Shown: positions 12,901 through 24,548 of the stretch, piece after piece | Numbering within the stretch: position 1 is the first letter of the stretch | How the letters are laid out: each line of letters begins with the position of its first letter | From: Podarcis cretensis | Lineage: Eukaryota | DNA length: 64,000 bases | Direction of reading: 5' to 3' | Assembly: GCA_951804945.1 (NCBI GenBank) | Contig: OX638154.1 | Coordinates: 42,780,001 to 42,844,000 of the forward strand | Position numbers and translations under genes: made by a program | The notes under the pieces: model-generated | What the model was told of the DNA's origin: nothing | The model's input: only the letters and a program-made list of their open reading frames with translations | The model's database searches: none

Positions 12901-15643
12901 AAGTGCTAGCGATAGGATATCCCTTTCTCCTCTCCACAAACTGTGTAGCTAACTCCCACTGTATTGTGTAGCTGTATGGCGAGTGCCACACCCCTGAAGA
13001 ACATCTTAATATTCTTCCCATATGAGTCCACAAGATCAGATGAGAAGGAACTGTCACTGTCATCAGGCTCCAGGATGAACACTAGAGCATCAAAGGCATG
13101 GTGGCGCCTCACTTGATCCAGTGGACTTGTGTGGGAAAAGCATTTGAGTGTGCTTTTGTCCCAAACAGGAGCATTTAAGAGTAGTATCCTTGCTGAAAAT
13201 AAAGTTGCCTTAACTAAGCTCTAGGTTGTGTTGGAGTCCCCAGTGACCCAGTGTGCTACTATTTTCCTGACAACAATCTTATGCTTTCTAGTCTTGAACC
13301 AGTATCTCTTGCTCATCTGCCACAGGGAAATATGATAATTCTGTGGATGTATATGCATTTGGCATCTTGTTCTGGTACATCTGTTCGGGTCAAGTCAAGT
13401 TACCAGAGGCTTTTGAGAGATGTGCAAGCAAGGACCACCTTTGGAACAATGTGCGAAGAGGTAGGCATAACACATAATGCAGTGTTGTGAAGGGATGGAG
13501 ACTATATCTAAAGTTCCTAATCTAAATGACTGCATGTCAAGATCTGCTCTCGTGGTGGAGCTTTGGGGTCTGTTTCTTCCGACCATAGTCCTCTGTGCTG
13601 CCACACAAGCCAGCCCTTGAAACTCATGGCAGCTTCAGAAACCTCCTTCAGTGCTGTGCAACTGCTGTTCCTAAACAAGGCTGAAGAAGGCACAAAGAGC
13701 TCCAATGCAGTGTTTTTTATGTGAGTGAGCTGCTTTGTAGCAGACTTCCAACATTTGAAGCAATTTTGCATAGAGAAATTTGCTTTGACTAAATCCTTTT
13801 GGATCAACTGTCCTAAGTGAATAAGCCATTCGACTAAATCTTTACACCCTCTGCATTTTCAGCAGAAGCTAGATAAGGTAGTACTGGAGTGCGCATGTCT
13901 TTGCATCTCCTGGTGCTGTTGTCTTTATATTCACAGCGGCTGAAAACTTGAAGCAGATAAAGGTGGGCTGAGAGAAATGGGAGAATGAGCAGTTCCTTTA
14001 GTCTGTGGTTTCCAGGCTACTGTTGATAGCTTAGAACGCATAAAAATTCTGGCTGCAGTCTTATGCACACTTACCTGGAGTAAGCTGCACTGAACTCAGT
14101 GGGCGGTATCCAGCTACATAGATCTGCTCTGGTGCACAGATTTTTTTCTTGCACAACAGAACTGCCCCTCCCTCAATCTGCTCTAGAGGGTTGGAGAGGA
14201 ACCCAGAACAGAGTTATGGAGGCGAAGTTCCTTTGCATAGCCCAAAGTCCTTGCACTAGTGGATCTTTTCAGTTTAAAACTGCCCAGGAAGACTTGCTTC
14301 TGAGTAAACATGCCTAGAATTGCACTGCAAAGCATAGCGTGTGTGATTTAAGGAAGGTCCTGTAACATAAAGAGTACCTTTGTTTAGAACTAACTGTCCC
14401 AAGAGTCTATAAGTTGCTATGAGGGCTATGACAGAAATATAGGCCAGATATGAATGACAATACTTAATTTCATCTGCTGTTCCAGATGTTGACAGAGAAC
14501 AAGGATTTCAACTCTTGGTATTATGTTCGTATAGAAATGAGACATCTAAAGATCTTCAAACTAGATATAATCAGTACTTTCTTGGAATAATGCAACAGCA
14601 ATCTAATTCTTTCAAAAACATGCATGCATGACTAATGCTTAAGTGGTTCTCTTTTTTTAAAAAAAAACAACCACCCAGCAATATCTTAAATCTCCTTAAA
14701 GTGTTTGAGAATTTGCAGTCCTTAAGAGTGTTGGGAATCTCTGTGAACATGCTTCATTCTTTGAACAATGGGCTCTATTAGTTGCTACCTAAATTAGTGG
14801 AGCCTCCTGCATAGTTCCTTTTGTTATTAAAATGTACCCTTTTAACTTCATGCCTATTTTCAAGCTTCCCCAAACATGACCTCCCAAGATGAAGTTCATA
14901 CTTAACTTGAAAGCTTCCCAAGCTTCCCTGCCTTATGGATAATGGTAGTTGTGGAAATTACAGTGCGTAGTATCTCATGAAAAAACAGGACTAGCACCTG
15001 TAGTACAACTAAGCAGTGCAATTCTGTACATGTCTTCTCAGTTCAGTAGGATTTGCCCCTAAGTAAGTGTGCTTGGGGCTGCAGCCTTGACATGTTTCAA
15101 AGTGTTAATCTTTAGGTTTCAGAACCGTTACAGCATATGAAAAACGGCTTATAAGTGGTCAACTCATGTGAACAGTGTAATGCTAGAAACACTTTTGTGG
15201 TCACAACAGCAGTTTCCATGAGTAAGGGGCCATACCTTTCCAGTGCACCCTACTTTGTGTAAGTCAGTATTTATACATAATGTGTGTATTGACTCAGAGC
15301 CTTGTCCATAATTGGAAGCTTGAGTCTGGTTTCTTTCCAAATGGGCCAGGTAAACAGCTTATGCCTCTGACCAGTGTAGTTAAAGCTGAAGTAGCAAAGA
15401 TCAAATGAATTATTTCCCCTTTCAGTCAAATAACCATGTTCTCCTTTTTGTCCAGGAGTACGCCCTGAACGCCTTCGCATTTTTGATGAGGAATGCTGGC
15501 AGCTGATGGAAGCCTGTTGGGATGGAGACCCTTCTCAGCGCCCACTCCTGGGCATTGTCCAGCCCACGTTGCAGAACATAATGGACAGGCTTTGCGGGTC
15601 AAACTCAGCACCGTTGAATAAAGGATTAGATGACTCTACTTGA
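3238..15643 (+). CDS. DSTYK: Dual serine/threonine and tyrosine protein kinase (RIPK5), 5'-partial gene model, 11 coding exons
   Basis: join(3238..3901,4648..4883,5186..5269,5979..6155,7382..7511,7760..7916,8474..8606,11145..11258,12099..12213,13326..13460,15456..15643). All introns are GT-AG and the total 2133 nt is in frame. Kinase motifs [23 protein letters not shown]; ends LDDST*. Confidence 0.97.
4648..4883 (+). CDS. DSTYK: DSTYK coding exon (DIIVPENGE...SNYLKQ)
   Basis: AG 4646-4647, GT 4884; phase-compatible with neighbours. Confidence 0.95.
5186..5269 (+). CDS. DSTYK: DSTYK coding exon ([28 protein letters not shown])
   Basis: AG 5184-5185, GT 5270; read manually, absent from the ORF track. 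Confidence 0.94.
5979..6155 (+). CDS. DSTYK: DSTYK coding exon ([11 protein letters not shown]...ASLRQ)
   Basis: AG 5977-5978, GT 6156. Confidence 0.95.
6677..6751 (+). pseudogene. tRNA-Lys(CTT)-derived SINE head / tRNA pseudogene
   Basis: Close match to vertebrate tRNA-Lys-CTT (TAGCTCnGTTGGTAGAnCATGAGACTCTTAATCTCAGGG), anticodon CTT 6711-6713; acceptor stem broken and CpGs decayed. Confidence 0.85.
7132..7218 (+). mobile_element. CR1-type 3' tail of the tRNA-Lys SINE
   Basis: GCAGGGGGGTTGGACTAGATG...ATTCTGTGATTCTAT, homologous to the CR1 end at 40215-40275. Confidence 0.8.
7382..7511 (+). CDS. DSTYK: DSTYK coding exon ([16 protein letters not shown]...DVLLH)
   Basis: AG 7380-7381, GT 7512. 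Confidence 0.95.
7760..7916 (+). CDS. DSTYK: DSTYK kinase exon with Gly-rich loop and catalytic Lys ([17 protein letters not shown]...CALK...EFHYMR)
   Basis: AG 7758-7759, GT 7917. Confidence 0.96.
8474..8606 (+). CDS. DSTYK: DSTYK kinase exon ([15 protein letters not shown]...LYTGLK)
   Basis: AG 8472-8473, GT 8607. Confidence 0.95.
8930..9986. mobile_element. Tc1/mariner (Tc2-like) non-autonomous element, 1057 bp, young and GC-rich
   Basis: TIRs CCGTATTTTTCACCCTATAGGACGCAC / GTGCGCCCTATGGGGCGAAAAATATGG, TA on both sides; related copies at 30494, 36925 and 38541. Confidence 0.85.
10285..10571. mobile_element. Tigger/pogo-like MITE, copy 1
   Basis: TIRs CAGTGGTGCCCCGCAAGAC / GTCTTGCGAGGCACCACTG, TA TSD; near-identical copy at 51459-51802. 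Confidence 0.88.
11145..11258 (+). CDS. DSTYK: DSTYK kinase exon with catalytic loop ([38 protein letters not shown])
   Basis: AG 11143-11144, GT 11259. Confidence 0.96.
12099..12213 (+). CDS. DSTYK: DSTYK kinase exon, activation segment ([38 protein letters not shown])
   Basis: AG 12097-12098, GT 12214. Confidence 0.96.
13326..13460 (+). CDS. DSTYK: DSTYK kinase exon ([16 protein letters not shown]...LWNNVRR)
   Basis: AG 13324-13325, GT 13461. Confidence 0.96.
14051..14328. repeat. Short palindromic squamate repeat interrupted by a second old repeat (about 14104-14290)
   Basis: Outer halves match uninterrupted ~90-bp copies near 4320-4410, 15014-15087 and 60340-60450; the insert resembles 405-520, 6785-6990 and 31410-31620. 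Confidence 0.5.
15456..15643 (+). CDS. DSTYK: DSTYK last coding exon (VRPERL...GLDDST*)
   Basis: AG 15454-15455; TGA 15641-15643. Confidence 0.96.
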
Positions 15644-18600
15644 AAAACAAGCCATGGAGGAACTGTTCTGTTATGTGAGAATGCCGGCCCCCACTTTGGC
15701 ATGGGCAGCTCAAGAGGGTAGCTTTTCTGAAGAGAGACTGGCCAGAAATTGGGCGCTTGGGTGAGACGATAACGAAATTCCACCTCATATAGCAGCCAGG
15801 GACATTTCATCCCCAATACACTACTAATGCAAGTTGCTAGTGCTTCCCTCTTCCCTTAAAAAGCAAGAAAGATGGGAAATTCAGGCCTTGCTGTCTGGAA
15901 AGGATTTTGCTTATCCCCTTCAGATTCCAGTAAAAGGAAAAAAGCACTGTGTTTCATAACTGGGGCAGCCAGCACATCTGCATCCCTAGCTGCAGTCTGC
16001 TATGTGTCTGCAATGGCTCCCTTGAAGGTCACACACATGAATGTGGATTATTGGAAGACATAAAGTAGTATCTCTTTCATAGGATGGGTTTTCCAGCTAT
16101 TCTTAGCGTGGATTCTGAGGGGTGTAAGCTAATATTAACTTCATAGTACTTGGTATGTTTACATGGAAGGATCAAAGGATCCATTCTCTTGAGGGGAAGG
16201 CCACACTGTAATGGAAATGCCCTTAAAAAAAAGTATAAGCTACCTGTGCTTTATCTTGTGAACCAAGCTCTTTTTGGTAAACGCTTAGTAGCAATTTTTG
16301 CAACATCTGATTAAAGATGGCCTTTTTATTTTTATTTTTACAATCTTACAGCAAGATGGGTACTCCACCAAAAAAGACTCTGCACATACAGAAATTGAAA
16401 CATAAATTGCTTGCAACTAACTACTGCCTGTATCCAGTGGACAACTAGCAGGCCATGTTTTTAACTACAGCAGCTTTCTTGTTTTGAACCCAAGTATAAA
16501 GGCAGTGACTGTTTTAAACTAATTATTGACAGGCATTTTAAAATATTTCTTCAGCTACTTTTTTTAAGCCATTCCCTTGGAGAATACCTAAGAGAGACCT
16601 GACATCATTCCATAGATGTGCATGATTGCTATTTCTGACCATTTCCTTCTTTAGGGTTTGTTGTTTGGCTGTGTTAGACTATGTTAATTTAGGAATCCAT
16701 TGCAGGGAGCACATAGGGAGGACAGTCCAGAGTCCTGCAAAATGAAGGGCTCTTTCTCATGTACTTGACGCACCCCTGAGAGAAAGATTTGTTTGCATTT
16801 GTTTGTGCAAGACTTAGTTTCTTAGTACAACAATGTTTTGAGGAAAGGTGTGGGATAAGCTGGAGAATGCAACTGGCGTAAGGTCAAAGTTTTTCTCCCG
16901 TGTGTTTGGAGAATGAAGGATGAAACCTTATTCTCCTTCTTCCACACAATGAGGCATGCACTGGTTTCATCGTCATAGGATAACTGAGTGTGCGCTATAC
17001 AAAGCCAATCAAACATGCAACATACAGTCCATTGCTTCTGTTGCACAAAGCAGAATTACAGCCTCTTGCCTGTTTGCATAAACTACTAGAGACAAAAGTG
17101 ACCTTGCAATGTTACTGGCCCAGCCTAGATGAACCCTTCCTGTGTGCAATAAAATTGAAACTGTGCTTTTAAAATGATTGCTTTTTACTTAATGGGCATT
17201 CATTGCTATGTGGTGATCTAAACTGTATTCGCACTTCTGTCTACAAATTGTAGCATCTGGCAACTTGAATGGGCAGCGACGGTTGCCAACCATGCTCACA
17301 AAAAACCACATATATTCTCAAATAGATATTAGAAATGTCACTTATCTGCTAGCTAGGCCACTGTTCCACTCATTTGACAGTATTTACTCTGTACAGTGGC
17401 TAGTGACCTTGTTTAGAGTGAGGAGGGTCTAGGTCAGTATTTTTGGAAGTATATAGTTTATGTAAAATTAAAATGAATAAAACTATTTGAAAACGGCTTG
17501 TATAGCTTTTCCCAAACAGCCACTTCCTTATTCTATAATATCCTGTGCCTTTTTGAAAACTTGAGTTAAAGTATTGTATCAAATTCCACTAGGACTGTCT
17601 TCCCCATGGACACCTCTGGCTCAGTACACCTTTCCCAATGTACAACCATGCATGTGCTCCTTTGTTAGGCATAAATTTTATTTATTCTGAGCAGCTCTGA
17701 ATCAGATTTCACAGGCCCCCTGACATGCCTCACAAGAGGGAAGAGATGGGTTTTGTGTCGTCTAAAGATCTTCTAGTTAAAGCACATTTGACTTCGATTA
17801 AAAAATACACCCTTGTTCATATTTGGCAATGCTGTATGCTTTCTCTACGTTACTACCACCCTTGTGGCCCAAGAGCATGTATTTTGAACACACTAAAATT
17901 TTTCATAGCTGTTTCAATAGAGGCAAACAGATGCCACGACCAGGTATTATGGTAGGGGTAATGGTGGCTATCTGTGTATTCAGGCCAGCTGTGAGTGCAG
18001 AGCATCTATCACTGCGATCCCACTCCAGTTACTTGGCAAAAAGCATTAAACTGAAGATCTGTTAGAAGCAACTCCTGGTTGTTGTTGTTTTAAAAATAAA
18101 GTTATTGTTGTGCTCACGTACAACTATCTTATGCACTGCAAAATACCTCTTCTCTCCCCACCTGCCTCTTACCCACTTTGTTCTGTACCCAAAAGGAAAC
18201 TTTGTTTACTAAACTGTATTATGCAACGTTTACAAGTTGCCACTGACTGGATGGCTAAAGCAGGTGCTCCAAAAGAGATGTTTCTTTAGAGTTGGAAACA
18301 TGATAAATCAAACTAGTTTACAAAAACAAGTATACTTACAGAAAGCAGAGCTGGAGGAATCCATAGTGGTGCTAGTAGCTCATGGTTCAAAGATGGAGCT
18401 ATTCAAAGCTGACCAATTGCTAGGCCACTTATTTCTGCTTTGGATATTGTGGCCAATTTAGGCTCTGGATACAAACACTACATAGGATTCACATGAGTGA
18501 AAGCAAGGCTTGAATGCAATGTCATGTTGCGATGCTGGAGTGTTGCCCTCAGCTTGCTAGTGCACTGCTGCTGTCTTATCACATTGCTGTCTAGTGCAGT

Positions 18601-19483
18601 GGATTATGGGAGCTTTTGTTTGGCAACTGACCATTTTTGTGTGTGTTTCCTCCATCTGTAGTACTTCTAGTGACTTGATTATACAATGCAAGCCCTTCTA
18701 GCTTGTTGAATTCAAGTGCAAGCTATTCTATTTATCTTTTTTTAGCACTTTTGTGTTCATCCTTCTCTCAGCCCCTTCCCTCCTGGATAGTATTTGGAGG
18801 CTCAGAAACTGCTTGAATGTAGGCTCTTGTAGGGTGACTGTCATTAATGGAAGGACCATCAGTACTGGATCCCAATCTAATGTGGTTCTCTGTTGAGCTT
18901 TCACTTTTAGAGATGTACATAATGCCTTCTCTGTATCTACTGGTCTCCTCGCCAGTTGTCCTCACTTTGTTATTTTTTAAATTTTAATACTATGATTTTT
19001 CCCCCTCCAGGGAGAGAATAAGAGCACAGCAGCATTTAAAACTCCCTCAGGGGCTTAAATAGCACTGTATTTCTTGAACTTGTAATGCTTCCCTTTGTTT
19101 TGGTTCTATTAAACTGATGGTCAGCTGTTACAACTTGGCTATTGGGGGAGGTAGAAACCTGAGTTAAGAGTTGTACAGTTCCATTGTAATGCCTATAGAT
19201 TTTTGTACTACTTTTATTTTTTAAAAAACTTATGTATATTAGTGTTAAAGGCAAAGGTAACAAACTTACCAACTGTATAGGAAAAGTGCAATAACATGGA
19301 AAATGACATGATTGAGAAAAATATTTCCCTTGTATTCTGTAATACTAATTTACTCTCCACTGCAGCCCCTTCCCCCATTACGTGTATTTTAAGAGACGTG
19401 ACTGTGGGTCAAGACTTCATTTAGTGCTATAATGAAAGTCTGTTTTAATAGAGAGTAGAATGCACAGAAGTGCTGTGCTGTAT

Positions 19484-19489
19484 AATAAA
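19484..19489 (+). terminator. Probable distal DSTYK polyadenylation signal (about 3.85-kb 3' UTR)
   Basis: AATAAA preceded by UGUA/U-rich sequence (19170-19400) and followed by a U/GU-rich tract (19501-19535). Confidence 0.55.
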
Positions 19490-20912
19490 GGTTGCATTAA
19501 TATTTTTTGCTGCTGCTTGTGTGGTTTTACTTTTCCAATAATTGTTCCAGAGACTTTGCTGAGTTTTGAATCTGTCACCACCACCACCTGGGGAGGGGTA
19601 GCAATAATACCTGCTAATAAACTGATCAAGTGGCTATTGAGCCACAAGGGCGTGGGCTTGTGTTGATGAAGCTACAGCAGTACATGCTCTTTGGCAATGG
19701 GGATGGATGGATGTCCTTGTGGGTACTGAACTGCATTACAAAATTCATCACTTATTTGGGGATGTGCCAGTACTGCCCCTAGGATAGTATACACAATAAT
19801 AATCCCAATTCCTGTTGTAAGAGTTTCCACCTAATCTTTCTCTTCACTATACTATATTTCAGCCTTGCTTGATAAAATGCAATCTGTTTTTACTGCAGTG
19901 AACATGATTACAACTCTGGATATGGCACATTGGCAATCATTGATGTCAAAATCCTGTGGCACCTTAAAGCTGGCAAATTTTATTCTGGCATAATAAATTT
20001 CAATGGATTAAGAGCTCATTTAATCAGATAATCTTATTATGATGGAATGAAGTGGGTTAGTCTTTGTAATTTTGATAGGCTGTTTTGGGTCTGCTCACGG
20101 TCCATTCAAAGCCATTTTTCCCAGTCTTGGCTCTTATATTCTACCATAGGCATCTTCAAGGTGGCCTAGGATTTTAGAGGATTAGTTTGGAAGAGATTTC
20201 TGTTTTACTACTGCATTAAGTAATGTCTGGCAATAGAAAAATATAAGGCTGCCACAATTTCTTACTATCGTATAAAAAAACAACTATGCTTGCTTGTAAT
20301 TCTGGATATTCAAAAAAGAAAAAGCAAATACCATAAAATGGAGAGAAGTTATACACAGAACTGTAATACGGGAACAAAAATGCTCCTGTCATGTTCACCT
20401 CTTTTGTAAAGATTCCCCAAACATCTCTTCTAAATGAATAAAACTTAATAAGCCATGGACTAACATATCCTAATCCAGAGTTGCCTTGCTCTTCAGCAGC
20501 TCTTGAGAAATAGTGCCAGTTATACAAATTTAATCAATCTCTTTGTAAATGCAACAGCTCTTGAAATTAGATGGAAAAAAGGCACTTCCTCTTGGCCGCT
20601 CTAGGCAGCCATGTTGCTTAACATGAATTCCTTTAACTGTTTCTAAAGGTTTAAAATCCTGGATTTAGATGGCAAATGAGACTTGATAGATGACTCCTCC
20701 CAATTACTTTTGCTGCCAGAGGGTACAACTTGGGGCATTTGGGATGTGTAAGAAGAGGGAAGGACTTAAAACATTTGAGGGCTAAATTAACCCTTGCCTG
20801 CTCTATTTTCTTTCCCACCCACCCACAGTTTTCAAGGTTATTTTATCTCTGTCAAAACAATATTAAAAAATTCCTTCCAGTTGCACCTTAAAGACCAACT
20901 AAGTTAGTTCTT

Positions 20913-20952
20913 GGTATGAGCTTTCGTGTGCATGCACACTTCTTCAGATACC
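20913..20952 (-). ncRNA. Minimal type I hammerhead ribozyme motif (Penelope-associated)
   Basis: Minus strand reads GGUAU CUGAAGA A GUGUGC-AU-GCACAC GAAA GC UC AUACC: core boxes, stem II, 5-bp stem I, palindromic AGCU in place of stem III. Confidence 0.65.
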
Positions 20953-20961
20953 TGAAGAAGT

Positions 20962-20997
20962 TATCTGAAGAAGTGTGCATGCACACGAAAGCTCATA
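20962..20997 (+). ncRNA. Minimal type I hammerhead ribozyme motif (mirror copy)
   Basis: UAU CUGAAGA(20965-20971) A GUGUGCAUGCACAC GAAA(20987-20990) GCUC AUA; only a 3-bp stem I. Confidence 0.55.
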
Positions 20998-21484
20998 CCA
21001 AGAACTAACTTAGTTGGTCTTTAAGGTGCTACTGGAAGGAATTTTTTTATTTTGTTTTGACTATGGCAGACCAACACGGCTACCTATCTGTAACTTATCT
21101 CTGTCAGGCTGCAGCAATAGGAGTACCCATGGGAAGGAGGGTATCCTGTGTACTATGCTCCCTTTCTGCCTTTAACATCCAGGTCTGCTGCCATTCCATC
21201 TAATTTATCCCTAAGGATTAATTAAAAACTACAGCAGCAGGGCAGGTGTGCTAAAAAACAATGTACTGGTTAGAGTTAGTCTTATGCATACAGTAAAGGC
21301 TAATCATGGAGGCCAGACACATCTGTCCATGAAAGCTTGTGCTATAATAAAATAAAATTAAGTGGGTGCAAGATCTTTTGTCATGCGGTTGCTGGATTAG
21401 AATTTACCGAAGATTTGATTGCATTCTAGGCTTGAATAAGGACAGTTCCCCCTTTCATTACACATCATTTTATTCCTTACTATA

Positions 21485-21855
21485 GGGATGTGGGTGGTAC
21501 TGTGGTCTAAACCACTGAGAATCTTGGGCTTGCCGATTGGAAGGTCGGCGGTTTGAATCTGCACCATGGGGTGAACTCCTGTTGCTCTGTCTCTGCTCCT
21601 ACCAACCTAGCAGTTCAAAAGCACACAGTGCAAGTAGATAAATAGGTACTGCTATGGCGGGAAGGTAAACAGCATTTCTGTGCACTCTGGTTTATGTCAT
21701 GGTGTTCCGTTGCACCAGAAGCGTTTGTCATACTGGTCACATGACCCGGAAAACTGGACAAACACCAGCTCCCTCGGCCTGAAAGCAAGATGAGTGCTGC
21801 ACCCCATGGTTGCCTTTGACTGGACTTAACCATCCAGGAGTCCTATACCTTACCT
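21485..21855 (+). mobile_element. Sauria SINE, full length
   Basis: tRNA-like head with A/B boxes, core TGCAAGTAGATAAATAGGTAC, (ACCTT) tail, TATTCCTTA on both flanks; homologous to 52545-52915. Confidence 0.88.
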
Positions 21856-22654
21856 ATTCCTTATTGTCACTACTGTGAATGATCGTTAGGGCTAAACTGC
21901 ATATTGTTCATGCTTAAACTGGATATTTTTTCTTTGAAGAAAAAGCAGTTAGAGCACCATAATCTAAAAAGAGCTCCTGATTTGAATGGTGGTCCTACAC
22001 CAGTTTCCTCCTGGAAATCCCCACCCCCGGCTGCTATTTGCTTCCAGGAAATTGCATCCTCAGAGAGTTATTTATTTAAAGCATTTCTTTACCTGTTCAT
22101 TTCAGTTGCAATTCCGGAGCAAGTTACAGTTCATCCACATACCTGATACAATCACTGCAAAAGAAGGCAGATAAGTTTACAGCCAGTCAATGCAAAAATA
22201 AACATTTTGGCACTAAGCTGTAACAAGAAGCTTGGGTGAATAATCAGGTTTTCAGCTGACATCCAAAGTAGTAGTTGGGTTTATTTAAAAGGTGCAAGCC
22301 ATATATTAGAGGGAAGGAAATTCCAAAGCTAAGGTGCCATCACAAGGAAGGCTTTCCCACACATCGCCACATAGCAGGGCTTAGCTAAATCAGTGGGTAG
22401 GAGGGATTTTCACAAAGAAACTGGCACAGAGCCTCCATCCATACTGGGAGCATGTTCTGGATTGGGGCCCTGTGATTGCTCCCCCCCCCCCAGAAGAATG
22501 GTGATGAGTTTAAGCATGTTTTTTCAAAAGTACAAATTACATAATGTGTAGTTTGGCCTTTAACTAAATTGCTATAGGTTGTACTTTATGCATTTCATGA
22601 CCATTTGATCTGTGTTTTTCTTTACCCACCAACACCTATCCATATGTACGTACA

Positions 22655-22747
22655 TAATATCCTAGACAGCTGCTGCCAGTCAGGGTAGACAATACTGGGC
22701 TAGATGGATCAGTGACTAAGCTCCATAAAAGCAGTTTCCTATGTGCT
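22655..22747 (+). mobile_element. 3' half of a tRNA-derived squamate SINE
   Basis: CAGCTGCTGCCAGTCAGGGTAGACAATACTGGGCTAGATGG, matches 61581-61768. Confidence 0.6.
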
Positions 22748-24037
22748 AGTCCATGAAACCTTACACAACAGTTTGTCTTTAAGGTGCTCAAGAAACTTGT
22801 TTTTAACTAGAACAACCTAACCAGGACTACACCTATTTGGAAACCTAAAATCTGCCTGGGCTTTTTCATATTTGGAAATCTAAAAAGCCACATGAGTATA
22901 GACAAACTTTTCAGCTGATCTCATGGAATATTGTGAACATTTTCCAGCATTTTCCTAGGGCAAGGTACACCAACTTGTCAACAAGTGAGTCAGCATTAGC
23001 GCAGAAAAATGAAACTGGATTTGTGCCTGTCAGAAAGACAGAGGTGCTCTGTTATAGTTCTTCGAAGTCTTTAGTCCCAATCATATAACCAGCAAATGTT
23101 TTATAGAAATCCCAATTGCCTATGAATTTAACGACAAAGCAAGAACCCCACACAAAACAGAAACAGTCTCTATCACAGCACCTGTTGCAATCTACAAAAT
23201 TGAATTAGGCTGCCATCTTGCATATATTTTTCTCAGCATCAAGCTAAGATTACAGGTACTCAAGAAGCATTGCCTCCTGCAAGTAAATACATTGCAGCAA
23301 ACCTCAGTTTTCACTGGCAAGGGGGTCCCAGCTAATCTTGGCTCCACGGCAAATAAAGCTATACAATATAGGAGTTTCCAAACACTCAGAGCAAAAAAGA
23401 GGGTAGTTATTTTCATCCAAAGCATGTTCAAAAAGTTGCTGAAGAGACTCTTCTTCCACCCCTCCCAAATTTTGGCTGAGAACTGTGGTAGTGGCCCTGG
23501 ATTTTGAGATAAGACTAAAATGGAGGACCAGGAAACTTCCAAAGAACACTAGAGAAATGCAGACATTTTCAGCTCCAGGGCCACACTCCCTTTTGGACAA
23601 TGAAAGGGGTCACTTACCAAAGGGTGGGTGTAGCCAAAGTGGGTGTGGCCAAACAAATACTCCATCCAGGCAAGCAAAAGGTTCAAGGACACATTCCAGC
23701 CAGGTAAAAACACAAGATGGCAGTGCAGAGCAGAACCAGTGAGAAATGTGGCCTTGGCAGAGTCCTGAGCACTGGACAGAATGATGTGGAGGCCTACTTC
23801 TGATCCCTGGGCCTGAGATCTGCTCACCTCCCACTTCCTCACCCCACTGCTAATAGAAGAAGCAGGATGTTTGTTGTTGCGAATCAAGAAACAAGAAACA
23901 AGGCATTTTGCCTCTTGTTCTTCTCAAGTCACGTAGAATGCAGAAAGTGAACTGCAGCTTTCTTAGCATTTTCTTAACTTCTATAAGGCAGCTTACCCCA
24001 CACTTTGGGAAGAAATACAGAAAAAGTAGCACTCGTA

Positions 24038-24264
24038 AAGTGGTACCTTGGGTTACAAACACTTCGGGTTACAGACTCTGCTAACCCAGAAGTAGTACCT
24101 CGGTTTAAGAACTTTGCCCTAGGATGAGAACAGAAATCGTGCACTGGCAACACGGCGGCAGGGGAAGGACCCATTAGCTAAAGTGGTGCTTCAGGTTAAG
24201 AACAGTTTCAGGTTAAGAAAAAGACCTCCGGAACGAATTAAGTTCGTAACCAGAGGTACCACTG
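24038..24264. mobile_element. Tigger/pogo-like MITE, second family
   Basis: TIRs (C/A)AGTGGTACCTTGGGTTAC / GTAACCAGAGGTACCACTG, TA on both sides. Confidence 0.8.
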
Positions 24265-24405
24265 TATTTGTTTTCTGTTTAATATATTGCTGTAACTCAC
24301 AGAGGGATAAAAATGTGTTGGAAGGTAAATATTCTCAGGCTTACCGTGACTTTTGATTTTTGGGAGAAAGAACCACCAAGACCAAAAAGAACCTGAAAAA
24401 AGAAG

Positions 24406-24548
24406 AAGTGTATCTGAAGAAGTGTGCATGCACACAAAAGCTCATACCTAGAACTAACTTAGTTGGTCTTTAAGGTGCTACTGGAAGGAATTTTTTTTCT
24501 TTTATTTTGTTTTGACTATGGCAGACCAACACGGCTACCTATCTGTAA
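24406..24548 (+). mobile_element. Penelope-like element pLTR 3' fragment
   Basis: Near-identical to 20962-21094; 13-bp TSD CTGAAAAAAGAAG at 24393-24405 and 24549-24561. Confidence 0.8.

Larger units (their letters stand above)
20851..21094. mobile_element. Penelope-like element pLTR fragments in inverted (tail-to-tail) arrangement
   Basis: About 100-bp inverted arms (20851-20950 / 20962-21061) plus a 3' extension; 12-bp direct repeat TTATCTCTGTCA at 20843-20854 and 21095-21106. Confidence 0.8.
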
